A stretch of 45,399 bases of DNA, from contig JBKPEN010000003.1 of the NCBI GenBank assembly GCA_046728425.1, positions 1 to 45,399 of the forward strand, written 5' to 3'. Both the position numbers and the translations under genes were made by a program. Of this stretch, positions 29,799 to 40,638 are shown one piece after another. This DNA comes from Thermoproteota archaeon (lineage in GTDB: Archaea; Thermoproteota; Nitrososphaeria; Nitrososphaerales; Nitrososphaeraceae). The stretch's first letter is position 1. Every line of letters starts with the position of its first letter. The notes under the pieces were generated by a model that saw nothing but the letters and a program-made list of their open reading frames with translations, ran no database searches and was not told the DNA's origin.

Positions 29799-30446
29799 TT
29801 AGAATTTTGATTTAATAAATTCTAGGCTCCTGGAGCTGACAGAAGTTTCTTCCTTTATAATCTCCGTAGCATCCTCTGGAGTATCGATGTCATGCATGAG
29901 ACCCTTTGAAAACAACCGCTTTACAGGGATGCCAAGTCGGGTGGCTATCTTAATATGCGCGTTGTAACTGTCAGCGTCATAGAAAGTGGCAATTATGAGG
30001 GGAGGCTTTCTCAAAAGAATATTTGTACCATCGTACCGAAAAGAAGGACAAATGACTATGCACCTACTCTCATTTTCAGCCAGTTTGCAGGCTTTGGAAA
30101 TGTCAATTGGATCAAGGAGCGGCAAATCATGAGGAATTACCATTGTTGCATCTGCAGCTTCCTTAATACAATAGTTATCAGCCAACACGATTGCCGAGTT
30201 GACGCCTCTCTCCTTTTCTTCAAGCAAGAATGTAGCTCCATACTTTAACGCGATTTCTTCTACACGTTTGTCTGCCGACACTGTGATTACTTGCGTAAGC
30301 GACCGAACGACAGAAAGAGTCTGTAATGTATCTTGTAGCATGAGTAATGAAAGATGTGTACGGTCATCTGTACCTAGTACTGAGGACAATCGGGTCTTTG
30401 CATTTTCAAACTTTTTTATGGGAACGATGGCAAAGATCTTCATCAT
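29799..30446 (-). CDS. cofC: 2-phospho-L-lactate guanylyltransferase (F420 biosynthesis)
   Basis: AIVPIKKFENAKTRLS, VIPHDLPLL, DGTNILL, DIDTPED; adjacent to cofD. Confidence 0.94.
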   Translation of the reverse strand: MMKIFAIVPIKKFENAKTRLSSVLGTDDRTHLSLLMLQDTLQTLSVVRSLTQVITVSADKRVEEIALKYGATFLLEEKERGVNSAIVLADNYCIKEAADATMVIPHDLPLLDPIDISKACKLAENESRCIVICPSFRYDGTNILLRKPPLIIATFYDADSYNAHIKIATRLGIPVKRLFSKGLMHDIDTPEDATEIIKEETSVSSRSLEFIKSKF

Positions 30447-30449
30447 GAT

Positions 30450-31382
30450 TTAAATTTTTTCAATTAGTTTCAACAGGTACTTGCCAAGTCTGACTTCATC
30501 CCTTCTGGTCTTCATGGTTATCTTAGTCTCGTAAACCTGCATGTCGAAGGCCTCAATCTGTAATTTCATGCTATTATCTTCCCTAGAAATTATAAACTTA
30601 CTAACAAAGTCACGGTAGTGCCTTGCCACTCCGATTGAGGAATTCTCAAGCCCAAGTGCCCTCATGTATTTTACAGCTGGCCCGCTTACCGCTTTTCTTC
30701 CGATCATAGGAGAAATAGCTATAACTTTGTCTCTGTTTTGTACAAGATGTTTTCGTAGATCTGAAAGAGCTATGATGGGCCCTATGCTTGAAACGGGGTT
30801 TGCTGGTGCAACTACTACGGCTATGCATCGCTTAATTGCCTCTATAGCCGCAGTGTTTGCCGTAACGGTGTTAGCATTGTCGTATCTTACACCAGTTACA
30901 TTAAGCCTTCCTTTATGTTTGACCCAGAATTCTTGCAGATGCATGTCGCCCTTTGCCCTAGTCACAATGCGTGTAGTCATCTCTTGGTCGGTAGCTGGTA
31001 TAAGTTGGGCGCTGATAGAATAGCACTTTCTAAAAAAATTCGTGATCTCAGATAAACTCTTTCCATCCTTCATCATACTTGTTCGGAGTAAATGGATCGC
31101 AAGGTCTTTATCGCCTAAACCAAACCAAGTTGGGGCACCAATTTTTTTCATCTGGTCTAGGCAGCGAAAGGAATCACCGCTGATCCCCCATCCGCGTTTC
31201 TGATCAAGCGTGTTTGCAAGCCCGTAAGTTATGGTGTCAATGTCAGGGCATATGTATAGCCCATGCATCCATATGTTGTCGCCAACATTACAGATCACGA
31301 CAATATCTTGTCCTTTACTAGCGGCCAGTCCTCTGACCAATTTTATAGATCCCGTTCCGCCCGCAAGAACCGATATCGTCAA
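30450..31382 (-). CDS. cofD: 2-phospho-L-lactate transferase (F420 biosynthesis)
   Basis: VLAGGTGSIKL, GLYICPDIDT, WFGLGDKDLAIH, HLQEFWV, PANPVSSIGPI, SGPA; likely start is TTG 31382. Confidence 0.95.
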   Translation of the reverse strand: MTISVLAGGTGSIKLVRGLAASKGQDIVVICNVGDNIWMHGLYICPDIDTITYGLANTLDQKRGWGISGDSFRCLDQMKKIGAPTWFGLGDKDLAIHLLRTSMMKDGKSLSEITNFFRKCYSISAQLIPATDQEMTTRIVTRAKGDMHLQEFWVKHKGRLNVTGVRYDNANTVTANTAAIEAIKRCIAVVVAPANPVSSIGPIIALSDLRKHLVQNRDKVIAISPMIGRKAVSGPAVKYMRALGLENSSIGVARHYRDFVSKFIISREDNSMKLQIEAFDMQVYETKITMKTRRDEVRLGKYLLKLIEKI

Positions 31383-31896
31383 ATAATATGGTGTGAGTAA
31401 ATGATGCATTTTATTATATCTGCCGACAAGAGCTTGTACACAAACTATATCAGCTAAGGTGCAGTTCAAAGCGTATATACCTCTCCTATCTATCGGGTCA
31501 GGTCTGCGGAAATATCTAACGTCTATCAAAGATAAGTAGGTCTTCTTCTTATCCTCCTACTCTTTGCTTTTTAGTATCTTGGATTGGGAGTGAATGGTTG
31601 AGAAAGTCTGTAATGTTGTTGTTCATTTTATTCCATTCCTGAAGCAACCCTACGCTGATCATGTAACACAGCTATGTAGACAGGTGTCTATATTGTAGTA
31701 TAGTGTATAATGACTTGTGTAAAATATTCGATTACATGGTATAAAATCTTCATTCTGAACGTATTTGCGGCTAGCAATTTTTGCCGCAAAGTTATAATTG
31801 CAAAAAAGCTTCTTTCTCTAATAGACAAAAGATGCCCTACTTATAATAAAGAATCAAGTAATAAAGATTATAAACTAGGCACACAGAATTTAATTT

Positions 31897-32943
31897 GTGA
31901 AGTATTTCACCTTAGTGCTTTCTGGAATACTTACGATACTTTTACTCTCAGTTTTCGTTACTGAGGCGTATGCTGCAGACTTGGCAGCAGCTCTTAATCC
32001 TGCGAGCGACATCTCGCAGGCTTCCTATGTAGGCGCCAGAACGCTTACACTTGAGTATCCTGCAGGTAGCTCTCTGGCACAAGTACTTAATGGCCAGAAT
32101 CAGCGCGTTGAGTTTTCTCTGAATGGGACAGCTACTGAACAAAACAACACTGGCATGAGCGGTGTAATTGCTGCATTGAATAGGGCTTTTGTACAAGCTC
32201 AGAGCCCAGTTCAAGCATCGCAGGCTGCAGTTTCCTACACGGGTGTCTTGAAAGGCGGGCCAACTAGTACCCTGATATCCTACAGGGTAGAGCTCCAACC
32301 AACTTTGGAAAAATTTGTGCTTCAAAGTGGAGATGCGGGTCAGGTAGTTGACTTGGAGTGGAGACGAATTGTAATAAATGAACCATTGGTTGTAAATGCA
32401 CCGGATGTAGGACAAATCAACATCAATTATCCTACTGGTCTCTTGCAAGTACTGTACCCGTCACTTGCTCAAAGTTTTGAAAACACACAAGCTAAAGAGG
32501 TCTTAGATGAACCCATCTTAAACTTCAATGACTTTAGTACACCGATGAGCTCATGGCACGTTCTTTTCGATCCTGTGGGAGCCTATGGCAGCAGCGTAGG
32601 TTTGAGTGGAACCGGAGGAGCCAAGGCATTGACTGTCTATTCTCTAGGAGAAAGCAGCCTTAGAGAAGGTGCACATGGAATTGAAGAAAAGACTGCTAGT
32701 GCAACGATTGATGGAGTAAATGTGAATGGAAAATCTACGACTCCTCCTCCAAGCGGACAAATACAGATCGCAGGTTATTCAAACGCTCAAGAGTCAGGCG
32801 GCACATGGCATGCAACAGTGACAACAGAGGCACCCGAAGGGGCACAGACATCATCGGGTGGATTCCCTATTCAAGTGCTTTTGGTGCTTGGCGGAATGAT
32901 GGGTGCAATAGCAATCTTTATTCTGTTCAAGGCAAGAAAGTAA
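31897..32943 (+). CDS. Secreted, C-terminally membrane-anchored surface protein
   Basis: Signal peptide ending AYA; C-terminal TM helix plus basic tail FKARK. Confidence 0.85.
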   Translation: MKYFTLVLSGILTILLLSVFVTEAYAADLAAALNPASDISQASYVGARTLTLEYPAGSSLAQVLNGQNQRVEFSLNGTATEQNNTGMSGVIAALNRAFVQAQSPVQASQAAVSYTGVLKGGPTSTLISYRVELQPTLEKFVLQSGDAGQVVDLEWRRIVINEPLVVNAPDVGQININYPTGLLQVLYPSLAQSFENTQAKEVLDEPILNFNDFSTPMSSWHVLFDPVGAYGSSVGLSGTGGAKALTVYSLGESSLREGAHGIEEKTASATIDGVNVNGKSTTPPPSGQIQIAGYSNAQESGGTWHATVTTEAPEGAQTSSGGFPIQVLLVLGGMMGAIAIFILFKARK

Positions 32944-33290
32944 TTGCAGAAGAGCTAGAAGCTTTTCTCCTCTACCCATGTTTATTTTTGGACCAAAAAG
33001 GGATATCGTATAGAGATACAGACCTATACCCATAGTCAACTTCATTCTCCATTCTATTATTCCAATTCCAACCTATCAGGACTTCCCGTAATAATCTGCA
33101 TGGGATAGCAATGAAGAGGAAATGAGGAGGATGCAACTAGAATGACACAAGAAAAAGACATTATATGATCCTGCGCTCTAGACGTATCTTTCTCTGTGCG
33201 TATATGGTCGGAGGCGGAACCTATGCTTCATTTAGAGGAGGGATACGCTATAGGTCCCATTCTCATCTGCGTTTGTGGCAGTCTCTGACA

Positions 33291-33815
33291 CTAACCTTCT
33301 TCTCTCAAATAGTAACCTGCGTCAGCGATGGTGGACACTGTTACCCTCCCTTTTTTGAAAAGCGACCTGCCAGCAAACCGTGTTCTCCCAACAGCTATTG
33401 TCTCAAAGGCTGTATTCAGCACTATTACCAAGTCATTTTCATCAAGTGAGTCAGACGCTGCGACTATTGATTCACCCATTACATCTCTCCCATATAGAAC
33501 CAGACTTTCTGCTTTCTCGCTCACCATAATATAATACTTATTATCCCTCTTGCCGTAACGTGTAAAAAGGTCTGCTCCTGCTATTGAAGGAGTGAATTGC
33601 TTTTTTAACTCACCAATTGCAAGGCCTGCACTGTATAGATGTTCCTTAACATACATAGCCTTCTCTATGTCGTAACTAACAAGGCATACTACTTTTTTTG
33701 TGCCTACTTCCTGGATCATTATAGGCTTGTGTTCGAAGAATTCAAAAGCACCCCATCTGTTAAGTGCTCTGTTTATCCGTGTTCGTTCCTTCTTAGAAGG
33801 CTGGCGGCATATCAA
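33291..33815 (-). CDS. NIP7/PUA-domain RNA-binding protein
   Basis: AGLAIGEL, AESLVLYGRDV, V.VLN...IAVG, DAGYYLREEG; overlaps the stop of the methyltransferase gene. Confidence 0.85.
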   Translation of the reverse strand: MICRQPSKKERTRINRALNRWGAFEFFEHKPIMIQEVGTKKVVCLVSYDIEKAMYVKEHLYSAGLAIGELKKQFTPSIAGADLFTRYGKRDNKYYIMVSEKAESLVLYGRDVMGESIVAASDSLDENDLVIVLNTAFETIAVGRTRFAGRSLFKKGRVTVSTIADAGYYLREEG

Positions 33816-34768
33816 TTAACCCTCAGCCTCACTATGAAAAACCCTGTAGTGTCATCAATGTGTGGATACAGTCGTAGCGCGTTCTTTAACTGGGGGTCAA
33901 AGATCGAGTCGCCAAATTTTGTAAGTCCACGGCCGCCGTGCTTGATGGGCTCAACTGTAATGTGGTCAGATTTTTGCAACAACCTATTTACTACCATTTC
34001 ATTTTCTTCGGGAGCAAAAGAGCACGTAGAATAGACCAAGATGCCGGAAGGTTTGACACATCTTGATGCAACTTCTATTAATTTATCTTGAATTCTTGAG
34101 CAATAGTCTACATCTTGGGGTGTATGACTAGTTTTTCTTGTGATGTCTTTTGCTATCACTCCTTCACAGCTGCATGGCGCATCAAGCAGCACTCTATCAA
34201 ACTTCATCTTGAACTTGCCTGCCTGCAAGCCGTCCATCCTAAAGATTGAGGTATTGTATACGCCACAGCGCATAATATTAAATGACATAGATCGAGCCCT
34301 TCTTGCATTAGGCTCTAATGCAATTACAGAACCGCTATTATTCAGCTTCTGCGCTATAAATGTAGTTTTGCCCCCTGGAGCGGCGGCTACATCCAATACA
34401 GCCTGACCTTCCACAACATCTAGCGCCTCTACTGCCATGCAAGAGCTGAGGTCTTGGATATAGTAGAGACCAAGTAGGTACTCAGTCGTAGCCCCAGTTG
34501 CAAGAGGGGCCCTATCCACTGCAAGGACTTCTGGCAAGACAGTGCTTCTCAATTCAAATCCCTTAGATCTGAGCCTATCCTCAAGCTCTTGTTTGCTTGT
34601 CTTAAGTGTATTGACTCGAATATATTGCGTAGGTGGTCTTTCCATCTTTGTCAAAAAATCCTCGATTGCAGGGACATATTCTAAGAAGCGGCTAACAAGC
34701 CATTCGTCATAGCCGTACTTTGCAGCCAGCCTTGAGGATTCTACCGATCCTGGGAATATCAGCGTCAA
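33812..34768 (-). CDS. NOL1/NOP2/Sun family RNA m5C methyltransferase
   Basis: IRVNTLK, QDLSS, LDVAAAPGGKT, DRVLLDAPCS, VYSTCS..PEENE, GFFI. Confidence 0.95.
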   Translation of the reverse strand: MTLIFPGSVESSRLAAKYGYDEWLVSRFLEYVPAIEDFLTKMERPPTQYIRVNTLKTSKQELEDRLRSKGFELRSTVLPEVLAVDRAPLATGATTEYLLGLYYIQDLSSCMAVEALDVVEGQAVLDVAAAPGGKTTFIAQKLNNSGSVIALEPNARRARSMSFNIMRCGVYNTSIFRMDGLQAGKFKMKFDRVLLDAPCSCEGVIAKDITRKTSHTPQDVDYCSRIQDKLIEVASRCVKPSGILVYSTCSFAPEENEMVVNRLLQKSDHITVEPIKHGGRGLTKFGDSIFDPQLKNALRLYPHIDDTTGFFIVRLRVN

Positions 34769-35636
34769 TCCGTCGAATGTTTATGTATATTTTCTGATTT
34801 AATTATTATTATCCTCATTATCCTCATTATTATTATTTTAATCTCCCTTTGCATCAAGGAGCAGTCAAAAACCTTGGTTAGCTGGCATATCTATAGTTGC
34901 TTTCCATCGTAATTGCTTCCTTTGTCCTAGCCTCTAGCGCCGAAGATAGAGATCTTTTGGTTGGTTCAATCATAACGGATGGAAAAAATACTATGGCTGC
35001 CCATGTTTCAAGATGCCTTTTCTCGATATGCTTTTTTCGAAGCTCAGTTACATTTATCTCAGTCACAGTAGGTGGCCATTTACTACACCCTTGCCCTATA
35101 TTCAATACCCCATCTGCAACGTCCATTACAGCGTCAATCCAAGAGTATAGAGTGCGCTGTCAGCCTCTGCTGCTAGGTAAAAAAATAGATATTTGTGATT
35201 GGACCGCCCGCGGAGCCATTGAGCAACGAGTAGATGCTTCCCCTGGTTCATAATCACGATGCTTTACAAGAAGGCGCCTATAAAAGCAATAACATCATGT
35301 AATCCGGCAGACGAGAAATTTTCATATATATACTAGCAGCAGGAAGCTTCTCCCTTCCATTGTATACAACAATGACAACACCCTCTATGGCAGCTTCTCT
35401 TCTCATCGCATATGTACGCCTGTCTTTTTCTGTCATAAAGGTGTGAGAGATCGATATCACAGCCTTCTTGTGACATGCCTACAAAAGCTATTGCTGACCT
35501 GCAAGCTTTTGGTTATTGCTACTGAATTTGAGGATGTGGTTTTCACACATAATGACCAAGATCTATATATATAAAGTAACTATGAAATCTATGTCTAGCC
35601 TTTAAATGCCTTAATTGCCAGCTGTCACATAAATAG

Positions 35637-36023
35637 ATGCATCCAGAAGACCTCAAGACAGTCTGGCTGTGTTGTGAGTGCAGGCGGAATTTTCTATTTC
35701 ATTCAGACGTTGAGGATCATAAAAGGCAATTCAACCATTCAAAAGTCATGATAAGCAACATTTCTGGAAGTGCAAGGTCTCCAATGCTGTTCATACGTGG
35801 CAGGAGCTCAATTAGCTTCAAGCTCAACGGCAAGACATCAAAAATTGTCATAGAGTACCAGTACTATCCTTCCACCGGCGTTTTACAATATGTTGACGTG
35901 CTTTATAGTGACAAAAAATTGCAATCAAAGGTAGAGGGCGACCCAGAAATGATGAAAAATATAGATAATTATATGCGCAAAGCCTTGAATAAACGATCAG
36001 CTAGCCTTCAAAAGGCAACTTAG
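35637..36023 (+). CDS. C2H2-like zinc-finger protein with unknown C-terminal domain
   Basis: WLCCECRRNFLFHSDVEDHKRQFNH; TTTAAAT box about 30 nt upstream. Confidence 0.8.
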   Translation: MHPEDLKTVWLCCECRRNFLFHSDVEDHKRQFNHSKVMISNISGSARSPMLFIRGRSSISFKLNGKTSKIVIEYQYYPSTGVLQYVDVLYSDKKLQSKVEGDPEMMKNIDNYMRKALNKRSASLQKAT

Positions 36024-36290
36024 TTGCTTTCTTCATGGTATGATAAATAAATTATTCTTAATATAGAGGTTTTACTTAATCTGCTGAAGGAATGATCAAC
36101 GGTTCGCTGTGGTCGATGAAAATATTTAAAAAATCAAATGTTTCCGAAAAGATCGCTAAATAACGTCAGTCCGGCGCGGCTCCTTCATAATATGAGGCCA
36201 GACTTCTACGAGCGTAAAAAAATTAAGAAATGTATGGAGCGACTGCAATGTCCTTTGTGATTCTTTCACTGTACTATGGAGGCTTGCTTT

Positions 36291-36749
36291 TTATTGTTCA
36301 TTTCCTTCTGCAGGGGGTGGAGAAGGTGTCAAATCGACTAAGTCACGTAAGTCTACGTTTACTTGGGCAGCGTTTAAGGCAGTAGTTATTCCGAGATCAT
36401 CTCCGAAAAGAGCTCCATTGCCTTGTGATGGGTCATCTACGGTTTGGCCTTGCCGCGAGTCTGAGGTAACACCAGGGCCTGCGCCTGCTCCTACTCCTCC
36501 GCCGCTACCACCGCCTCCTACACTATTAGTATTCAGCAAGTCTTCTGCTAATGATATCAGGTTCCCTTGTTTATTACCTTCGTTCTGTTCTGATGTTGCG
36601 TCTGCAACTTGTACGTTGCCAGTCTCTTGGTCGACGTTGCGCTCCAAGTCCGGACCACTGTCTTGTGCAAATACTGTCTGTGATACTCCTACAGCCATGA
36701 GAGCAAATGTCGCTAGGATAAGAGCTGTTGTTGAGCTTTTTGTTGCCAT
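36291..36749 (-). CDS. Secreted acidic Q/N/G-rich protein (paralog A)
   Basis: Signal peptide ending SQTVFA|Q; Gly-rich linker; QGNGALFGDD motif. Confidence 0.85.
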   Translation of the reverse strand: MATKSSTTALILATFALMAVGVSQTVFAQDSGPDLERNVDQETGNVQVADATSEQNEGNKQGNLISLAEDLLNTNSVGGGGSGGGVGAGAGPGVTSDSRQGQTVDDPSQGNGALFGDDLGITTALNAAQVNVDLRDLVDLTPSPPPAEGNEQ

Positions 36750-36772
36750 TTGGGTGATAATACTGCATTTGT

Positions 36773-36805
36773 ATCCTTAATATGGAATTCTCAACATACT
36801 TAACC
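36773..36805 (-). promoter_or_regulatory. Conserved promoter block, copy 1
   Basis: GGTTAAGTATGTTGAGAATTCCATATTAAGGAT on the minus strand, 28/33 identical to 41281-41313; contains TATA-like TTAAGTA. Confidence 0.75.
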
Positions 36806-37438
36806 AAAATTTAGAGATAAAAGACAGATATTACCTATTATGAGGACGTTTTTCAAGAGACGGGTACATGGGTAGATTTTCGAGAGACAGATACACGTAG
36901 TGTTTATTAAGTAGGGCGTTTTTCGTTCGCTATCGGTACAAGTTTGAAGGGAAGGCAAGACGACGGCCTGAGAGATTTATGCAATAAGGCTACAAAATAG
37001 GTTTAGAAGAAATGTGAACCTTCCACAGGAGCACAGCGAGGTCATTTGCTCACGCTGGAAGGCCCAACGCTCTTGCTAGTGCCGCCACCACCTTTAATTA
37101 TACACATAATTGGCGATTAGCTGCTTTAAGCCAAATGTGCCTGTGTTCCTAAAGACTAGCAATACATATTTGCCTTCGAGAGAGCAAGATAGCTCTGCCC
37201 TTTAGAAAGGAATAGAGAGTAAAAATAGATGATATAGAAGGAAGAGAGAAAAAGAAGAAAACTTACACACGACAAGGAGACACACACACAGAGGAGTTCT
37301 ATATTGAGCAAGGCTGTATTGGTTTTAGTGTACACGGACGATTTGTAGGGTAACCCAAAATTGAACGAATAACATTTTTCCATAATAATCAATCTATAGC
37401 CTTATTTTCTGCGAAATGCGCCTTCTATTCTGGCTATT

Positions 37439-38449
37439 ATGAGAACATCTTGTCCATTCTTGCCTCTCAGCTTTAAGACGATAGCGATGGCTGCAGCTGC
37501 GATAGTTATCATGCATTTGGCTCCCAATGTGACGATTATAAACGCGCAACAAGAACAGGAACAACAGCAACTATTGACCAGCCAACCTGCCGCATCCTCA
37601 GTAACTCAGAATAGAACAACAGATACAGCCAGATTATTTGAAAGCACAAGTGACAACTTCAGGTTAGAGATACCAGAAGGCTGGGTAGTTCGGGATGTGA
37701 ATAATACAGGTTCTGTTTTGGCAGCAGAGGTAACCCAGGGGTATGGAATACTAGCTCAACTATGCCCAGCAGAGGGACAAGAAGAAGGGCAACAACAACA
37801 AGGAGTAAGTACCAATGTCAATGCCAGCAGTAGTAGTAGTAGCTGTACACAACAACCCCAAGGAGAGATCATACACATTGTACGATTTCCTAACTTAGGT
37901 GCTAAATTAGGAATTGCTGTAACTGATATCAGAACTACCATACCTGATTCTATTTTCGAGTACGAAATACAGAAACTCCAGGAGGTTGGTTATAGGAATA
38001 TCAATGTTGTAAATAGTACATACATGCCAATCGTTGTTAACTACACCACGACAGAAGGCGAACCTGCGGAAAAAGCAATTGTACCAGGCAGGTTTGTAGA
38101 AATGACATATAGTACTGCTTCCGCTCCAAATGAAATAAGAAGAGGTTATCTCTTTCTGACCGCTACAAACGTAACCCCTCCCAACTTGGCAACGATAACA
38201 GGATATGGCATCTTTTATGAAGGTGCTCCAGGTGCTCCTACAGCAAGAGCACAACAGACAACACCAGTATCGCCTGGCATTGTAGTAGTACCAGCACCAG
38301 TCGCGCAGGCATTTGGTTCCTTTGAGCTAATAGCATCAGAAGAAGCGGTACAAGACATAGTCGGGGCCATAGCCGCCGGGCAGGCAGCGAGAATTGAACA
38401 AAATAATCAAGCAGAAGATGATGGTGATGCTGGAGAAGACGAGGAATAA
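37439..38449 (+). CDS. Secreted protein, possibly PsbP/Mog1-like fold
   Basis: Hydrophobic N-terminus, poly-Q linker, FESTSDNFRLEIPEGWV motif, a Cys pair and an acidic tail. Confidence 0.8.
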   Translation: MRTSCPFLPLSFKTIAMAAAAIVIMHLAPNVTIINAQQEQEQQQLLTSQPAASSVTQNRTTDTARLFESTSDNFRLEIPEGWVVRDVNNTGSVLAAEVTQGYGILAQLCPAEGQEEGQQQQGVSTNVNASSSSSSCTQQPQGEIIHIVRFPNLGAKLGIAVTDIRTTIPDSIFEYEIQKLQEVGYRNINVVNSTYMPIVVNYTTTEGEPAEKAIVPGRFVEMTYSTASAPNEIRRGYLFLTATNVTPPNLATITGYGIFYEGAPGAPTARAQQTTPVSPGIVVVPAPVAQAFGSFELIASEEAVQDIVGAIAAGQAARIEQNNQAEDDGDAGEDEE

Positions 38450-39048
38450 TAATCCAGAGGAGCTTCGATAGGGAATCACTTAGCGACTATATAAATATAC
38501 ATATATAGTATCACCAGCTTATCGCGTCTACACTCTAGTAATATTTATCTGTGTAGGATTTAGCTTCACAAGAGGGCCCCTATTCTGTTTCTTGGGCTCA
38601 CACTATTTTATCGTAGGTTAAATAACGCGAATAGGCCATGCTATTGTTATCATAATCAATCAACGACAACTTGACATACCTGTGGCAGAACTTAGGTTTA
38701 GAAACAACAAAATCTCCTTCCTTAAATGCTCATAAGCTTGAGAGAGAAAGAATATGTTATGATTTTTTCAAACTTTTACGACTTCTTTTCGCATACACAA
38801 TATCAATAACTACACCATAGTGATAATGCGATATTATGAGTATACTTTTCACACTTAGCCGTAACAGCCCTATCCAAGTTACGATATACCGAATGACTGC
38901 TAACGATTATAATAGAAGTTATAGAAATAGAAAAGAAAACAAGGCATTTTGAGTATTTGGTTTTTCTCACTCGAGGTTCTCCAAAGCACGACTATATCGG
39001 TCTAATTTTTTCTCTGACGATCTTTCTTGGTCTCTGCTATATATGCTC

Positions 39049-40638
39049 CTAACCTATCTCTCTTACTGAAAGCTTCTTGAAGTCAAATAAGGAGTCATCT
39101 ACCCTAAATGACGAGCGCGTTCCTTCTCTGATTACTTTGTTGGGTGGTGTGCCACAGTCTTCGCCTTCGACACGCAGACCTCCATCGTCGACTAACTCTG
39201 TTACCTTCCTCCAGTTGTTGGTCATATCTCCTTGGTCAATCCAAAGTTCAAGCTTAACATCTCCGTTTTCTAGGTCATATACTACAAACTTCATGCCGAT
39301 CCAGTCATTCAGAATGTTCTGCAAGGCATCAATTTGCGCAAGTCTCTTCGTATATCCATCATCGAAGTGCCATAGCTTCTTCTTGAAATAGACGTGACCA
39401 TCTACAGCAGTCATGCCATAGTACCCGTAAGCCAAGCATCCTCCATCATCATGGTAGCTAGGTCCGTGCCTTGCAATCATTGTAATCTGATCGTCTCCGT
39501 CTAGCACTCTAAAGTACCCTGTCATTTCTGTATTCTTCCACTTGCCACTTGGTGAATCTACGTGCATCCTTATCCCATGTTCTTGAGTGCCTGAACGCGC
39601 ATCAACACGCCATACTCCGCCTCCACTATAGTCTACTGTTGTAGTTCTGAACATTCCGTAGTAAAAGTAGCCGTCAGATGTTGGGTCCGGCTGCTCCTTT
39701 ATGTACCACGAAGGTCCGCCGCTTGCTGAGCGATAAATTTCCTCAATTCCAAATCTGTCTTGTCCTCCTCCTGCTGGTGGTTGTCCTCCTCCTGTTGGCG
39801 GTGATGGGGGTTCTTCTCCTCCTCCACCTCCTTCTCCTGGTGGTTGTTCTTCTCCTTCTTCTGTGACAGTAATTGCCATACTGTCAGATGCAGTTCGACC
39901 ATCAGAGTCCGTGACAGTAAGAGCTACATTGTATTTGCCAGCTTCGTCGAATGTATGGGAAACGCTTGGCCCATCACTGTCTTCGTTTCCATCTCCATTA
40001 AAGTCCCAGCTATAAGTGTAAGGCTCTGTGCCGCCTGCCACGTTTGCTTCAAACTCAAAAGTGGCTGGTGCTACACCTTCTGTGGTCCCCCCGCTTGAAA
40101 CGATTTCAACTGTAAAAGACCCTTCTTCTGGTGGTTGTTCTTCGCCGCCTCCTGGTGGTTGTTCACCTGGTCCCAGTACTAGGTCTAACAACTCTTGCAA
40201 ATTTGATACTCCTACTAGGTCTAGTAACCCGTCCATGTCCGTTACATCAACTAACTCTTCTAATCCTTGCGAATCTGTTCTTGGATTCTGTGTCAATTCA
40301 CTCGAATCCGATGCTCCCACCACATCTGCTACTCCATCCAAATCTGTTGCGTCTATCAAGCCTCCTAATAATCCTCCCAGACCGGTTCCCGGTGCCATAT
40401 CTGATAATGCTCTTAAATTCACTAGTGCTTCCCGCTGTTGTCCTCTACTCCCCTCTTCTTCGGCTTGCTGAGCGTATGCAGACGGCGCTAGCCCATTGTA
40501 TAAGTTTCCTAGTGGCATGATTACGGCTGATGCTACCAAAACCAGCCACAATAATAATACAACAGCAGAATTTCGAGTCAGAATTCTAAATATACCCTTT
40601 TCTGGTCTCATTAAACACGCCGTCTCCTTTTCAGTCAA
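39049..40638 (-). CDS. Secreted PKD-domain protein with a C-terminal beta-rich (putatively carbohydrate-interacting) domain
   Basis: Signal peptide (AYA|Q); PKD domain YSWDFNGDG...SHTFDEAGKYNVALTVTDSDG; P/G/E linkers; C-terminal DRFGIEEIY...WIGMKFVVY...VKLELWID...FKKLSVREI domain. Confidence 0.88.
   Translation of the reverse strand: MTEKETACLMRPEKGIFRILTRNSAVVLLLWLVLVASAVIMPLGNLYNGLAPSAYAQQAEEEGSRGQQREALVNLRALSDMAPGTGLGGLLGGLIDATDLDGVADVVGASDSSELTQNPRTDSQGLEELVDVTDMDGLLDLVGVSNLQELLDLVLGPGEQPPGGGEEQPPEEGSFTVEIVSSGGTTEGVAPATFEFEANVAGGTEPYTYSWDFNGDGNEDSDGPSVSHTFDEAGKYNVALTVTDSDGRTASDSMAITVTEEGEEQPPGEGGGGGEEPPSPPTGGGQPPAGGGQDRFGIEEIYRSASGGPSWYIKEQPDPTSDGYFYYGMFRTTTVDYSGGGVWRVDARSGTQEHGIRMHVDSPSGKWKNTEMTGYFRVLDGDDQITMIARHGPSYHDDGGCLAYGYYGMTAVDGHVYFKKKLWHFDDGYTKRLAQIDALQNILNDWIGMKFVVYDLENGDVKLELWIDQGDMTNNWRKVTELVDDGGLRVEGEDCGTPPNKVIREGTRSSFRVDDSLFDFKKLSVREIG

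Noticed and set aside
29799-31382. F420 biosynthesis genes as a novelty
   Set aside because: F420 synthesis is established in Thaumarchaeota
33165-33449. 94-aa plus-strand ORF
   Set aside because: Overlaps the PUA gene antisense; no motif
34802-34837. ATT / ATTATCCTC short tandem repeats, and (AAT)n at about 12459-12477
   Set aside because: Simple intergenic microsatellites with no evidence of function
34878-35460. Overlapping ORFs on both strands between the methyltransferase and the zinc-finger gene
   Set aside because: No motif or consistent frame; possibly a decayed gene, but unsupported
37156-37392. 78-aa hydrophobic minus-strand ORF
   Set aside because: Hydrophobicity derives from GA/CA-rich low-complexity DNA on the opposite strand
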